Assembly (NCBI GenBank): GCA_002633005.1
Contig: NMRA01000626.1
Coordinates: 95,358-159,357 of the forward strand
Direction of reading: 5' to 3'
Origin: Phoronis australis
Taxonomy: Eukaryota > Animalia > Phoronida
DNA length: 64,000 nucleotides
Shown: in pieces, positions 39,043-53,398 of the stretch
Layout: the number at the start of each line of letters is the position of its first letter
How positions within the stretch are numbered: position 1 is the first letter of the stretch
The notes under the pieces: model-generated
Seen by the model: the letters and a program-made list of their open reading frames with translations, nothing else
The model's database searches: none
Told to the model about the DNA's origin: nothing
Position numbers and translations under genes: made by a program

Positions 39043-40778
39043 GTAAACAGAGCACTAGTTGATATGTAGCGTAGAAGACCCTTGGGTCCGGTATAGCACC
39101 GTGACTGACTGAGCGGGCGGGGCGTCAGGCGCGCGCCTCACTGAGTCAACACTAAGTCGCATTTTCCCAGTAGGCCTACGCCACAATGCTGTTGAACTCG
39201 GTAAATTTCCAAATTAGGAAGTCAATACTGGCTGAAATGTGACTGTATTTTATCAGTAATTTACAAGAACCGCTAGCTTTATGAGATGTCTACTACCGAA
39301 TGCAGCGATACTGCGTCACGGAGACTGAGCGAGCGGACCAGGATATCCAGCGGGATTCGCTCACTGGTTCCCTGCGTGCCGCTAGGTGATCAGTAGCCAG
39401 CGTGCTGGCTTATGCACGCAGGGAACCAGCGGGTTTCGACGATCGCGAGTCCTCCTAGTGGCTACGAGGAGGAGTCTGTCACGGAACTCCGTCCGAAGGT
39501 CATCTTCAGAAGGTCAATAACCTCATAGATGATATATTTTGACAATGGCTTGATATTCCCATGAAATTCACATTGAGTGTCTGAACTAAAAAGTTACAAA
39601 TTTCAATTTCAATAATGCGGGTCAAGTGACCTCTGGTGAGACTTTCAGATAGAAAGTAGTCTGTATTTCAGATTAATACGCGCTTGTTGATAGGTGATAT
39701 TTTCTATTTGGAGATTACTTATATCCTGTTCTAATTCGTTGAGTTTAAAATGTTTGGACAGGTAATATGAACCCATCATTAAGATTTTTATCTCTTTCAT
39801 ACCCCTTAAACACGAAACGCATTCCGTGTTCCTTTGCACGGATCAATATCCGTTAGCCTCGTAACCACCTTTCTGGCAAAAGGAGGAAGGGATTTCTGGA
39901 GTCGGTGAAAATACGACGACCCAAAACAATCCAAGCAAACACGGTTTCTCGAGTTTGTTTTGCGTAGAAATGATATCGAGACAACACCATTGCTTGTAAA
40001 ACAGTAAGTAGCATTTCCACCCACTTTCTACTCTCAGAAATTACCAATAACTGCAAAACAACTTTTGTATGTCACGTCTTGTCGTCTTGGCGTTGGTTGC
40101 GTTGACCCCAGAAGATGACGTCTAAAATAACATAAATTGCGTCAGCATCATTGTATAGGCAACTGGTTTGTTTTCTCTCATCATGTTAATGTTATAGTTT
40201 CATTAATGAAACACCCTGTAATCTTTTCGAACAGGATTTCTTGCTAAAAGCTGTGAAAACTAAATTGTCACCGGTAGTCGGTACTGCTACTCGTGGCAGT
40301 CACCATGGACTTAGTTTTTTCCTCACTTCCCGTTCGGACATAGGCCTATGCCCCTTTAGGCAATTACATCACCTGTGACGTCCACACAAAATAGTGTATC
40401 TCCAACCCATACAAAGTTACTCATTTCAAAAGCACAGCAACTATGATGCAATGAAGCATTCATATATATGTGCATTCACTTATATTTAACACATACCATG
40501 ACTCAGCAGACAGTTTAGTCAAAACGATTTGAACATGTCTATGAAACTCTGTTAAAGTATACTTGAGCATCGCTCACCGGGTACCATGTTAAGGAAGTTA
40601 TGCGAAATCGTGCTAGTTTGCGAACAAATGAAATAGTCCAAGGTACACAAGTCTTATGATAGCCCTCAGTTATCTTTATGTGCTACTTTTTTGCAAGTGT
40701 CAGCCGCCAGGTTATGATTAACTAGCATGACGTAAATTGGAATACTTTGTGGTTATTACGTGTGGTGAACAAGAGTTG

Positions 40779-41278
40779 CAGTGCTCGACGATAAGCTTGA
40801 CTCCAAGTCGCCCAGTGCGACTTCGTGAAAAACCTAGGTCGCCAAGCAAAATCTGATATTGCCGAAACTGACAGTAGAACTGGCAACCAAAATCGCATGA
40901 AAAGTGTGCTGTTCTCCTTTCTCAAAAAATTAAGCGTACCTCTGTCATTTCTCCACGTAAATTTGCACCACTCAATCTCGAGTTTAATTCTTCTGAACAC
41001 AGATAATCGTATGTACTGGAGGCACGTGTTTCATGGTATATGTGCTGGCTGCTGAGGCTGGCAAGTGTACTGATTTCACATAATAAACAGAACATTATTT
41101 TGTGAACCAAAGGTATTGAATCTCGGAAAATATGAGTGCTCAATTTAAAGTTTGCAAGTCACCACAAATTTTGAAATAAATTTCGGGGAATTATTGTCCG
41201 ACTCTGATACTTGTTTTGGCAACGTCGGATTTTCCCATGTTGTCGGACACATTCTGTTGCTGGCCAAAGTGATCACTG
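40779..41278 (+). mobile_element. 500-bp CAGTG..CACTG MITE with a 5-bp TSD
   Basis: TSD AGTTG on both sides. The interior is homologous to 46681-47342. Confidence 0.8.
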
Positions 41279-42421
41279 AGTTGCAATTCTTCACCAAAGT
41301 CATCTCAGTTCTCATACACATGCTTCATTGAGGATGAGCATTCTATCAGAAAGGATCGCTAAAGAAAGTAAAAGCTTATTAAGAGACAATTTTAAGTGTA
41401 AAATGCATTTTTGAGGAGAAGAAAACCTCTTATTTGGTGACCGAATTTGGCTGGCCGCCTTTTTAAAACACACAGGATCAAATTAATGGGGAGTGTTATA
41501 GTCCAGCCTGCTGAAGGCCTACATATTGCCTAATGTCCCTGTGAAAACATATAAATTGAACAAGCAACAAATAGGCTAGCCTTCCCTTGTTTCAAAACTA
41601 TACTGGTTTGGATCAGCCTGGTTAATAAGTGCCCAATAATAACCTGACACAAATTTATGTTATTAAAATCTATTCTCATCTGAAACATTCCCTAAATGCC
41701 CATGGCCAAAGGAAGGTGCTGTGGGCGATCACTCAAGTTTTTAAAAGAGCCTCACCACTTGTTGCTTCTGGGGTTCTTCTTGGATGCGAAGTCACGTCAC
41801 TAAAATGGACAGAACATAGAAGCTTATCAGTCACAAATGCGTCATGTTTCTGATAGCGTAGTTGATTTGTTTGCAGATGAGGTCCTCTGAAAACTGGTAA
41901 TGCTTTTTCATCCTTCCGCTTTTAAATATTTTTTCCAGGTTTCTCGATTTCTTTTGTGCAGTTATTGGTCTGCTTTACTAGTATAGTTCTGCTACAAGAG
42001 TCTGATAGCTGCTGCGGTTGGTGTTCCAGCTGATGGGCTGCTAACTATATGTTCTATTGTGGGTGTTGTGTAATCAGATGCAACACTAACACCCCTATAC
42101 TAGAAGTAAACAAAGCTGTTAACATTTGCGAACATATGTGTTCATCGCAGATTCAAACCGTGGACTATTTGGTGTTTGGGGAGCATGAAAGTGACAACAC
42201 AGTCCTGATCACCTTCCACTTACTGAGTGGGTAGTGGATGGAAAGAAATGTTTCATCCTCTGATATTTCACATTTGACTTAGCATTCCTTTGAATACCCA
42301 CCGTATATATTAATTTAATAACATGATGATCGTAACTAAGTAGAAAAGATGCAATTGAACCATTCGTTGTTATATCATTGTTCAATTTTGTGGAAATTCT
42401 TAAGTTTTGTCTGTCTTTCAG

Positions 42422-42817
42422 ATGCTACGTGAACTGAAGAAGCAACACTGGCACTAGGAACTCTGGCACAAGTCCATTAGACCCGGGGAATATTACAGTT
42501 TGCATGAGCGAAGAATGCCTAAAATGATCTCTGGAAGCTGCCCGCTGGTCACTGTTCATTGTCCCTCATCGCTTCTACGACTATTCTCAAATCATATCAG
42601 TATGGACACTACTGACAGTTGCTGCTAGGGGCACTTGCCCCCTGGCAAATATGGCTGTCACCAAAGTAGTTGGCCTCCTAAGGGCTCATTAAAGATTCCT
42701 CTCCAAGTGAAGTCCCCTCCTTATAGTTTGATCCTCGCTCACATATCTCTACTAAGTTGTTTGTTGTCAACATGTCGCCAGGTTTGCAAATGCAATTCTT
42801 CAATTACAAGGTTTAAG
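42422..42817 (+). other. Putative 5'-UTR exon of the KIAA0232-like gene containing several uORFs
   Basis: Strong acceptor ttttgtctgtctttcag and consensus donor AAG/gtaagt. It contains only short ATG-initiated ORFs. Confidence 0.4.
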
Positions 42818-43597
42818 GTAAGTTTCATGTATTTCTTAGGCAGATTTTGTGTTTAAATTGATGCAATGATACTTTACAATGGAGCTCGCTTTATGGCATG
42901 CCCTCAGTTTCGACATATGCAAGATATTAAATTAAGCAGGTTTCGACCTGATGGTGATCATTACTACTCTTATAAGCTAATCATGTTTTAGTGGAGAGTC
43001 TCATTGTAAGACAGGTAAACAGGAAATGACTGAGTTTTAACTCCGGCATTAAGATATGAGGCAAATGAATTTTAAATTTAAACTTGAGTTAGTTCTTAGA
43101 CAGAAAGGCGAAAGTACATGTGTTAATAAGCAATATCCAGACAATATCTGGGAGTATGGTGATAAATTTGGCATAATATAGGTTACTTTACATGGGTTTA
43201 ATGTGAAACGATTGTTTTTTATGTGCCCACATATTTATATGTGAGTGTATATTGCCGTCATCTCTGTCTAGGCATCCGGCATCCGCAGCTGTATCTCCTG
43301 AACCCCTCACACGATCTTGGTGAGATTTGGCAGATGTGTTCCTATGAAGTTGGCGATGAATGATTGAACTTCGGATGGATCCAACTACCGGTTTGCCCTC
43401 TAGTGGCAATTTTATTTTTTTACATTTACCAATATCTTCAAAAGTCCTCAATGGATTTTCATGAAATTTGACACACAGGCATAAATTAATTAGATGATGT
43501 GATGAGTGGCCATTTTAACTGTTTTCGAGTTTGTTTTTGGTGTCTGCCCCTCTATCAACCTAACCACTCTGAGGATGATGTGAAAATTGGCATATAT

Positions 43598-44116
43598 CAG
43601 GGCTTGGAATTTTCTGCGGAAACGCGAATTTCCGCTTTTTTCAAATGTGCTTTCTGCTTTTTTATAATATTTCCGCGTAAAAAAATCGGATTTGATATAA
43701 AATTTCCGCGGCAAATTCCTTTCTTACAGCGGCGTTGCAGACGACGTTCACCTCGAAAAGCGGAAGTTGCTCTTTATGTTTCGGAGGGACGTAAATTGTC
43801 AACATTGCCGGGGCATCTGGGACAGCGTGGTTGGATTTTCAATGGCGTCTCGTGTTATTGTTAAGCGCGGCGACAAATACTACCGCTCTGCAGCCAAAAA
43901 TGTGTGGGTTGGGAGTGGACGGGCGAGGTAAAAGGACGCAGATGCATGCTACTGATGGTGGTAAGGTTTTTTTTTATTTTTTTAAATTTTTTTTTAGTCG
44001 ATTTTTGTCGTGGAAAGGTTCACATTGACCATTTCAAGGCTGGTTATCGGGCATGATTTGGGCCGTAAAAGTTTCAAAGTTTCCGCGTTTTTTGTCATTG
44101 GTCATTCCAAGCCCTG
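43598..44116 (+). mobile_element. CAGGGCTTGGAAT MITE nested in an older repeat
   Basis: 13-bp TIR CAGGGCTTGGAAT / ATTCCAAGCCCTG, flanked by ATATAT on both sides. The TSD length of 2, 4 or 6 bp is ambiguous. Confidence 0.8.
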
Positions 44117-46680
44117 ATATATGTTCTTAGTAAAGAGAACGGTTGACAATGTTTTTCTGATGACTTCAACTACTGTGGTGACTCCTAGTGACATTTACGT
44201 TTTTTTGTGCCCGTAGCCTCTTAATGGCAATTTCATTTTTCCTATTTTCCTCGTTTCCCCAGAAGTTCCTTGACGGATGTTTACGAAGTTTGGGTTAATA
44301 GCTTTGATGACAAATACCAGTTTCCGGATGGATTCCTCGTATTTTGTGCCATCTAGTGGCCATTTGTATGATACAAATGAACACTCCTAGAAGCACACCG
44401 TTTGGGCTACATTCATGGGGGCATTTCAATGCTCAATGATGCTCTTGTTACTGCTTTTGAGTCTGTTATTTGTTGTGGGTCTCTCTTTTGGAAAACTGCT
44501 CTCAAGCATCATTAAATGCAAACGCACATATGTTTCTGCTGGGAAGAGTTTGACTGTTGATGATTTTTGGACTGGTCCAGCTGCTGTTGATCTTCTTTGG
44601 GAGTTGCTAGACATATTTTCCTGAAAAGACGCTTAGACTTTCCGTTTTCCATGTGACTGAAATTTGTTATGTCACCCAGTGGCCATTTTTATTATTTTCA
44701 AGACTCTTTTTTTGGCTTGTGCCTCTGTTGACTAAACCAAGTGGTATTCTAGTTAGTGTGTGTTCCTAGTGGTATGAGCACGGTTGAGATTGATTTTCAG
44801 CTGTGTCTAACTGCTGTGGCATCCCTGAGTGGGAATTTTTTGTCCGTGGCTCAATATACCAAGTTATTCAAAACTTGGCATTCACCTATACTGCATGAAT
44901 TGCTGTTACCTTGATTTAAAGATGGTATGTCTCCTAAAAACCGTGAATATTTAAAGTTGTAGCAAGCTCCACCTTGTAACTTCTTGGTGATCTGTGTGTA
45001 CAAGTATAGTCAGGAAAAGAAACAATTTGTCAATAAAGTGCAGTTTTACAGAAAACACAAATATTTCGCAGTCATTATTTGATAGTGAAATAATTAAATA
45101 ATAAAAACTGTGCCTTGTTTCATTTGGGTAACGACGACATATTACCATACTAGTACTCATTTACATAAAAATAGTCTCACAAAACGAGACTTTAACAAAA
45201 TATTAATGGGAACTGGTTCTTGGATGGTTTCTGGCACACTGGAAGACCCGGTAGTTTTTTGTAAACAAGTACTTCATTTGAATATTCACAATTTAATGAC
45301 ATATAGCATTTTTGTCTCAAATTTACAACTGTCATACTTAATGTTCAGGTCAAAGAAAACTGCAAAATATCTTGATTTAACTTTTAAGTGAGTTTTCCAC
45401 TTATTGGAATGTATTGAGCAATTCTTTCAAGTAACTCTTAGTTGTAGAACTTGATGTGGGGCAGCACAGATGTTTTATTTGTATTTTGAAATTTTGAGGG
45501 TAAGAGTTAAGCTAACCAGTGTGACAGTAGAGTACCGTAGTAATCTTCCTGTAATGCCCTTGAATCACAGATAATCAGTGGAATGTGCCGATGTGAATTT
45601 GTCAGATATTTTGGTTCCCCTTAAGCAGCCTCCTTCCTGATATTCTTTGATACACTTGGTTTAAATTGATAATCAATACTTTCCATGTGTAAAACAGTGA
45701 AATCTGGTCTGCACTATCATAGATGATCATTAATGCTTAGGTGTGGTTCATATCTACATTTTCATGGGTGTTCAAGTACCTGCTTATATGCTAAAATACC
45801 CACATGTTACCATAACAGTAGAGGCAGGTGATCAGTGACTAAACCAGATCACATGATTTACCTGCTTCTGAGGAGTTCTGATGACAGAAACTTTAAAAGT
45901 GACCTAATTTTTCCTTTGATACAATGTCAAAAACATGAACTCTATATATAAATCTATCCTGTGTAACCTGAATGTAGTAGGGCAGAAGAGATTGAACCTT
46001 TTCGTTATTCAATTTCCAGCTGTTTTCTTTATTCAGAAACCCGTGGAGTCCTGTGGGTGAATTTTTTCGGTTCGAAAGCTCAATGCCAAAATCTGTAAAA
46101 ACTGCTGTGTATTGTAGCTTGAAAATACTCCATCCATTTAAAATGTCATTTAGTAAATTGCAATGTTATTTCTCTTTTTATCAGTATCTTGTTGCTGAGA
46201 CTGACTGACTGACAATGCGAGGTATGATAACCTTGTCAATGCTTTTTAAAGGTCAACTTGTGAGGAAAAGAGTGAATAATCACCAGCTTGCTCCACACAG
46301 TCTAGATGAACCATGCTAAACAGTTTTGTTCAGTTGAACAGTTCTTTCCTGTTCTTGCTAATCAATATTGCATAGTAATTTGGCTATTGTTATTTGCTGA
46401 CGCACATTGCTTGGCAACACAACTAACTACAGTATTTTGTTGGGTTCATGATGCATTTTTCATGCTCTGTCAGTTGCTGAAACAAATTTGTATTTACTGT
46501 CGCGTGAAAAGTGATTTACAATTTGTTGCTTTAACAGGGTTTAACACAGTTTGCCAAAAAGACGCATTTAAGCAGTCTACGACGTCTAATTCATAAATAG
46601 ATTTTAATATTAATCCTCATTTCAAATATCTTATTAAATAATGTTTTATTTTACATTCAGTTTACATCTTTATGGCATTA

Positions 46681-47342
46681 CAGCGCTCGACGCGTGGCAA
46701 AACGCCAAGTCACAATTGGCGACCTGGCAAAAACCCCAGGTCACCAAACAAAATCTGAGATCGGCAAAACTAAAAATCCTAGGTCGCCAAATGAAATCTG
46801 AGGTTGCCAGTTCAGTCTAAAAATCGTTGAGTAAAATATAAAGGTTGTACAGCCGTTACATACCTCGTTGTCAGTGTCTTGCACCTCGTTGTCAGTGTCT
46901 TGCACGTACCACTTCAGTTTCCCCTATAAACGATTCTTCATTCTCTCAATTCCTCCCACCAAAAAGTGAAAACAACGCAGACTATTGCAGACTATTGCGT
47001 ACACTGGTGACGTGTATGTCACTGATCTTGCCTGATTTTTTTCTTTAACCTGATGTAATTATTTTAAGCTCATGTTTGGTGCGTGCTGCCTGCTGCTGTG
47101 GCAAATGCACTGATTTCACAAAATGTACTGAACATTTGTGAATCAAAGGTAGTGAATCCTAGGAAAGATGTTAGTAATTTAAACTTTGGAAGTCGACATG
47201 AACTTTGAAATGGAAATTAGTTGGAATTATTGTCTGACTTTCATACTTGCAGTGGCGACTTCATAGCGACATGGGATTTTTCACAGGTTGCCAAACACAA
47301 TCTGTCACATAGGCGACCTGCAGGTTGCCAAATCGAACACTG
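46681..47342 (+). mobile_element. 662-bp CAG(C/T)G..CACTG MITE with a 5-bp TSD
   Basis: TSD CATTA. Subterminal AGGTCGCCA-like repeats. Same family as 40779-41278. Confidence 0.8.
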
Positions 47343-47474
47343 CATTAGCTAGCACGTGACATCAAATTTCACAATGATGTCATACTAAGCAAACACAAGA
47401 CGTAGTCACTGAGTGCAACGTAATTTGCAAACCACAAATTTGAACTTCTCTTCACATGAAATTAACTTATTTTT

Positions 47475-50189
47475 GGGCAATTCCATTTTTGATGGACGTA
47501 CAATCACAGGTCATTTTGATCAATTGATAAAAAAATGTTCATTCTAGGAAAATAATTAATACATCACTTCATAGGTCTCACTGAGAGCTTTTAAAGCATG
47601 TATCAACTTTCCCCCTATCTTTTAATCTGACTGAGAAAATTGACTTTAAAGGGGTTTGACGGACGTAGGCAGAGAATTTGAATTTTAAAAAAAATGTTTA
47701 ACGTTAATTTTCTGTGAGTTGCATTAAGTTACAATTTTTTGTTTTATATGATGATATAGTAGAATGTTTGCAAAGTACAACACATTTATTTTTTTGATAA
47801 TATCTGTCAAGCAATTTTTGTCAGACAGCTCGATAGAAGTTCAGTTAGTGTGACGGACGTACGTGATGTACGTAAGGTCTGAATTTCTAGCATTAAATTG
47901 TTTGTTGTGACTAAGATATCAACACAAAATGATTCAAGCTTTTGCAGTACTTAAGTTATATCGGTCTTTTGGTACTAATTCAATGTTTTTTAATTAAAAT
48001 GTACCGATTGACCTTTCACACGAAATCATAGGTAGGCCTATGCTAGGAATATACTCCAGGATTTTAACTTTTCAACATATTTACTTAAAGATATAAAACA
48101 ACCACCTAAAATCTTCATTTCCCTTTGAAGATGGTAAGACATATAGGTGGAAATGAAAGTGATAATCATTTTGTATTTGATAGCTACTAGTTATCAGGAA
48201 AACCTGTTTTTATGCGTTAAATAAAATGCTAATTCAAAACCAATAAGTAAATGTGACTGTCAAAATATAAAATCTGAAGTAAAATTTTAAAACATTACGA
48301 ACCACTGTCACAAAAACACATTTTATTTAATTGTTTTTAAATTAGAACTCGCCCTAAGCTTGCATAAAATTATTCTCTGGACCACTCCATGCCGTTGATG
48401 GTTCTGATGCATGCCATTTAAGTAATGTGGGTTTTTTAAAAAGTATTAGTAACATGAAACAAAGTGTGAAGAATGGTTTAGTAGACAACATCAACTTTTG
48501 GCAAACATATTTTGATAAAGATCACCTGTGCTGTCTGTGAAAACAAGACATTTTTTAATTAATTGCATTTAGGATTATGATTTAAGAATATGTAGAACTA
48601 ACTTATCAGATGTTGGTTTCTATTTAGTGATTAGCATGATTAGGTTTTAATCCAGCTCTTTAACTCATGCCTTCTTTTTAAATTTAAGGAGAGGCTGCTT
48701 TAAATAATGTCACATCACAGTACGCACAAGTACAATTATGAATTTCTTGATCCACGATGGTATTTTTTTGAGTTTCAAAGAACATTTGGTCAGGTATTTA
48801 TTCTTCTCCCAGTTGCATCTGTTCTTTTGGTGGTTTCCAACAATTTCCTCTATCGTTTCTAATCGCCGATTTAATATCCTGGAAGCTCAGCAGAAAAAAT
48901 TAGTCTAATTTTTAAAAAGATTGAAGGATCAAAAATACTTAAGATGAGACAATGTAACCATTTGGTTTGAATTATTTCATATAAGTCACTCAATGACCCA
49001 ATACACTGAAAAACACAAAAGGTATGAATGCAATCAGTTAGGCTGTGACCAATAAAGTAGGTGAAAGGTTCCTACCGCTTAAAAATGCCCAGTATCAGCT
49101 TTTTCAACGCCCAACACAGCATAGCAGGTAGAGCAGAAATAACATGTGGATTCCAGCACAATAGCAACTTGACATGTATTCCTTTAGGTCTCTTGTTATT
49201 TATACTCTAGAGCACCTTAGGAATTCTTTTGTATGAAGATTTTGCATCTTGAATTTCCCAAAAGCTAAGCATTTCTTTACAAACACAGGGTAAGAACAAT
49301 AAGTTCATTAAATTAGCATTTTGTTTTATTTACATTTTATAATGTGGACCAACTGTCTGATTTTAATAAGTTGAATTCTACTAAGATTAACTAGATGACA
49401 TTGTAAACTATAACTTTTCTGCAAATACGTTTGAAATTGAAAAAATACAATGCATTTAGTTTAAATCTGTAGCAACTTATTCACGTAATTTTAAAGCTGC
49501 CTTTGTAATATTTATTGTTTTAAATTTCTTAGATGTGTGATACATTTTATCTTCTGCAAGTTTAGAATGAAAATATATGACCTGAGGTTACTTTTATTTG
49601 CTGAAAAATTGTTATTTCATGGGTGTGACGGACGTACATGACGGAGGTGCAAATTTGCTGTATGTCTGTCACACAATTTCTGACTTAACGAATTATCCCT
49701 GGGTTCTAAAATTTTGGTCAATAGTATTTAGTAACAAGCTAAAAGAGAATCTGAAATTATTTTAATTTTGATTGAAAACTTTAAACGTAACTAAACATTT
49801 TAACACTTTTTTGTGATTGGCGTACGGCACCATGGTATCCAGGAGTTGACCTCTGACCCCAAGAGGTCGATGATGTGCCAAAGTTGAAATGCTATTTTTT
49901 ATAAAGTTTGGGGTTCATGTGATTGCACAAATTTGATAGTATAGTGAAATATTCATAATTAGCTTTTTTATGACAATAATTAGCAACACACATGAAAATC
50001 AGCTAATTTTTTAGGTTCAAGTGACCCCAAAAATGGGTCCATTTAGGCCAAAAATTGAAAGTTCTAGGACAGTCAAATATGGGTCCTAAAACTAGAGAGA
50101 ATGGGCTTTCAGGTGAGACCAGAAATGTTAGTGTAGCCACAATTTTAATAATTTTTTTTCTTGAGGTTGACCTTTTCACGGAATTGCCT
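47475..50189. mobile_element. About 2.7-kb AT-rich DNA transposon derivative with GG(G)CAATTCC termini
   Basis: Left end GGGCAATTCCAT and right end ACGGAATTGCC(T). GACGGACGTA motifs recur (47659, 47852, 49627). The TSD is unresolved within T-runs. Confidence 0.55.
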
Positions 50190-50844
50190 TTTTAGTTCAC
50201 AATTCCAACAGTATTATAACATAATAGCCATCTAGTGAAGTGCAACTGGGCTATTATGAGCTTGAAATTGCTGTGTGTGTTTTGGGTAAGTTGAAATTTG
50301 TACATTCCTGTGATGTTTTTTGGGCTAAAATAACTCAAAAAGTAAGCTGTTAACCCTTAGTTTTTGTTTCATTTCAAAGATAACACGGATAACATCAAAA
50401 TGACGTTTTAACATAATGATGAAGAAAAGTTTTAATGGACTGGTGTAACTTTTAAAATGGAACTTGTAGGCCAATTCTTTATATCTATGAATTTGCTTGG
50501 CCAAATTATTTAGAAACACAAATTGTAGTGGTGATGTGAATGTGGATTAGATTGAAAAGTATGTTTTTAAGAATAAGTTTTTGGCGAAACAAATCACTGA
50601 AGCGTGTCTAGTAAGTATCATGATGTGGTGCTGGGGAATAACACTGCATGAAGCGGGCGAGGTATGTCATTAGTACAAAGATCACTCATTTGCGCAGTTT
50701 TTGGTTAATGTTCTTGTCACATTTACTGCACTTGTTAAAGCAGCATTGTCATTTAGTTCCTGCTATACATGAACATAGTTAAGAGCATGCAAATATGGTA
50801 GGTCTTTTTAAGTACTAGATGCCAGAACATTAAAATTTGAAGTA

Positions 50845-52252
50845 CCGTATTTGTCCTAATTAGTGCCTAGGGCTCTTAGTAAAATTCGTTTCAAGAGGGG
50901 GGCGCTTATTATGTCTTATAACGGTTGAAACCCAGTCTCCGAAACGGGTAAAATCTTAAGCTTGAATTCATCAAATTTACGCATTGTGACATATCTGTAA
51001 CCTATGACAGACTTTCAACAAAATTATGTTGCATTGTTATCAAACTTCATCGTTAAATTACTATCATTTTTCAGAAAATTGTGCTGAAATCCTGGGGTGA
51101 AAACTCGCTGACTGATGCGTCACTACCTCGTGATCGTCAAAAGGGCAACTTGAATTCTTGAATAAAAATAGTTTCGACTCAACAAATTACCTAAAGTCCT
51201 CTTTAAGTTTTCCAAATAGCGTCCCTAAGATTTTTAAGTTCCTGTGAAGTCTGGATTAACTGTATAGAAGTCTAAATCTGCGCTAGATTGTTCCCCACAA
51301 CACAAGAAAATTTCTAGACGAACACACATGTTGTTGTCACGTGATATTTGTTTTGAAGTTTGTCTGTGTGTGTGTGAGTGAGCGAGGGCGTGCATGTCAT
51401 CAAAGTTCATTTGCTAGAGTAAAGACAATGTAACGATCAAGGTGGGCATTGTAACTAAACAAATTAACAAGCAGTAAAGCAGAACGTGTTTTATTCAGCA
51501 CTTGTTGATCTCGTCTGCAAAAAACGTTCGAAAATTGTCTCTGTGAGACGCCGGGTGACTGGATGCGTGACAGTCTTAACAGTTATTTCTCAGGAGATTC
51601 TTGGGGTGTAAGGGTGCTGACGTGCTGTCTATCAGTGGGTTACTTTGACTTTAAAAACACCAGTTATGATTAATTAAGTTATTCCTCTTGAAAATAACGC
51701 TAACGTTTTTACGATATTAGAAACTTTTGGAAATTAGTGCCAATATTTATTTCTTGCTGATGCTGTGCTACCCGTGTCATTAATGGATAGTTCCGGATGA
51801 CTAATGTCTTGGATGACAGGTATGTAGCACGCGCTTCCTTGCCACATGTTTTTAACATTGGTGAAGTTTTTATTAGACTTCGATTCACGGTTTTCACGTG
51901 TATAAAGTAATTTGGATTCCTGTTGAGAGAGAAGATACAATACAATTCCTTTAACAAGTACGCTGGATCTTATGCATTCTTTTTGAAGCGGGGCAGAAGT
52001 TTGAAGTGAAAATTCATGGCTAAATACGGATATAGTGGCGAGGCTCATGGGACACAAATTCCGCGCACAATGATTTTTTTCAGGACTGTCTAATCTTATT
52101 GATAACTTGAAGATGTTACTGCAGAATTTTAGAACTGTCGGTAAGGCATTTTTTGCATGTACACGTTCATGGGCTGGGTGCTTATTTTAGCGAAATCTGA
52201 AAACGCGTGGGGGCACTTATAGGGGCATGGGCGCTTATTAGGGGAAATACGG
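50845..52252. mobile_element. Tc1/mariner (pogo/Tigger-like) non-autonomous element
   Basis: Ends TA-CCGTATTT..CTAATTAGTGCC and GGCGCTTATTAGGGGAAATACGG-TA. Subterminal GGGCGCTTAT repeats. Confidence 0.8.
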
Positions 52253-53398
52253 TACTATAAATATAACTTAAGGAAGCCAATGATAAACCCGGAAATGTGG
52301 TTCAAGCCCTTGAAACATAAAACTGACATGCAACAAGATTAATTTGTTTTCGAAAAGATTCCAATCATTAATTTCATTAATGGGGTGACATTTCAGTGAC
52401 CCATGTTAATTTTGCATTTTTTGCCTGAGAGGCCTCTGTTTAGGTGAACTGTAGGATGTAAGAGTTAGTAAGGTTGCTAAGCTATTGTGTTATTAGAATT
52501 TTGCTGCGCTAATGGCTATTACCAGTTATTTTTGCAGCTGAAAGAATAAGCCATCAGGACAGTTAAACTGTGTTTTGCCTGTCATTACTTTTGCCTCAAG
52601 TTGTATTGTGCATGCCGAGTGTGGTTTCAAACGATGACTAATTGTCAGTTGTTCCCAAGACTAGAAATCACGTCTCATCTGAGCAAGCAACAAGTTGAGA
52701 CTAGTTTCATAGTGGATTTATTTTTAGTGGACCGGCTGCCTATGACAGCTGTGAAGTGTATTGTAATGACTTTGGCCTACTGACGAATTAAAACGAGGTT
52801 AAGGGGACATTTTTTAATACTCCTGAAAGGTAAACTGCTGTTGAAACTGTGCTATGATGATCCTGGTTTACCGTAAACGTCCGGGTTAACGCCCATGCTC
52901 AGTTAACCGCCCTCCTCCTACTTAAGGTGGATTTTCGATTTAACCGCCCACTGCTCGGTTAAGCGCCCCCTGCGATTTTTTAAGATTTCCAATTAAGCGC
53001 CCACCTCTCGGTTAAGCGCCCATCCCCGTCTTTTAAAGAATGAAGATTTAGCGCCCAGTGCTAAGGAAACGCGTGATTCCCCGACTTTTAGAAAAATATC
53101 GATGATCACAATGAGCGCAACGACGCCGGGCCTCTGAGACGGTGGTTTAGCAATGTGAATTGCAATTATACAAGTAACGAGTTATTGTCTTGGGTCATGG
53201 ACTCACTTCAAAATATAATACTTGACCGTTTTTGTCACTTTATTTTCTTCCCATGTTTGCAAAGTTTAAGAGCGCCGCCGGCATCAAAACCTCCGCTTTC
53301 AGCGACTTTGTCTGCCGCGCTGAGTTTTCGTCTGCAGTGCACTTGATAAAACATATATTCGAAAAAATTGGGCCAGAGACAATGGTTAAAAGTATATA

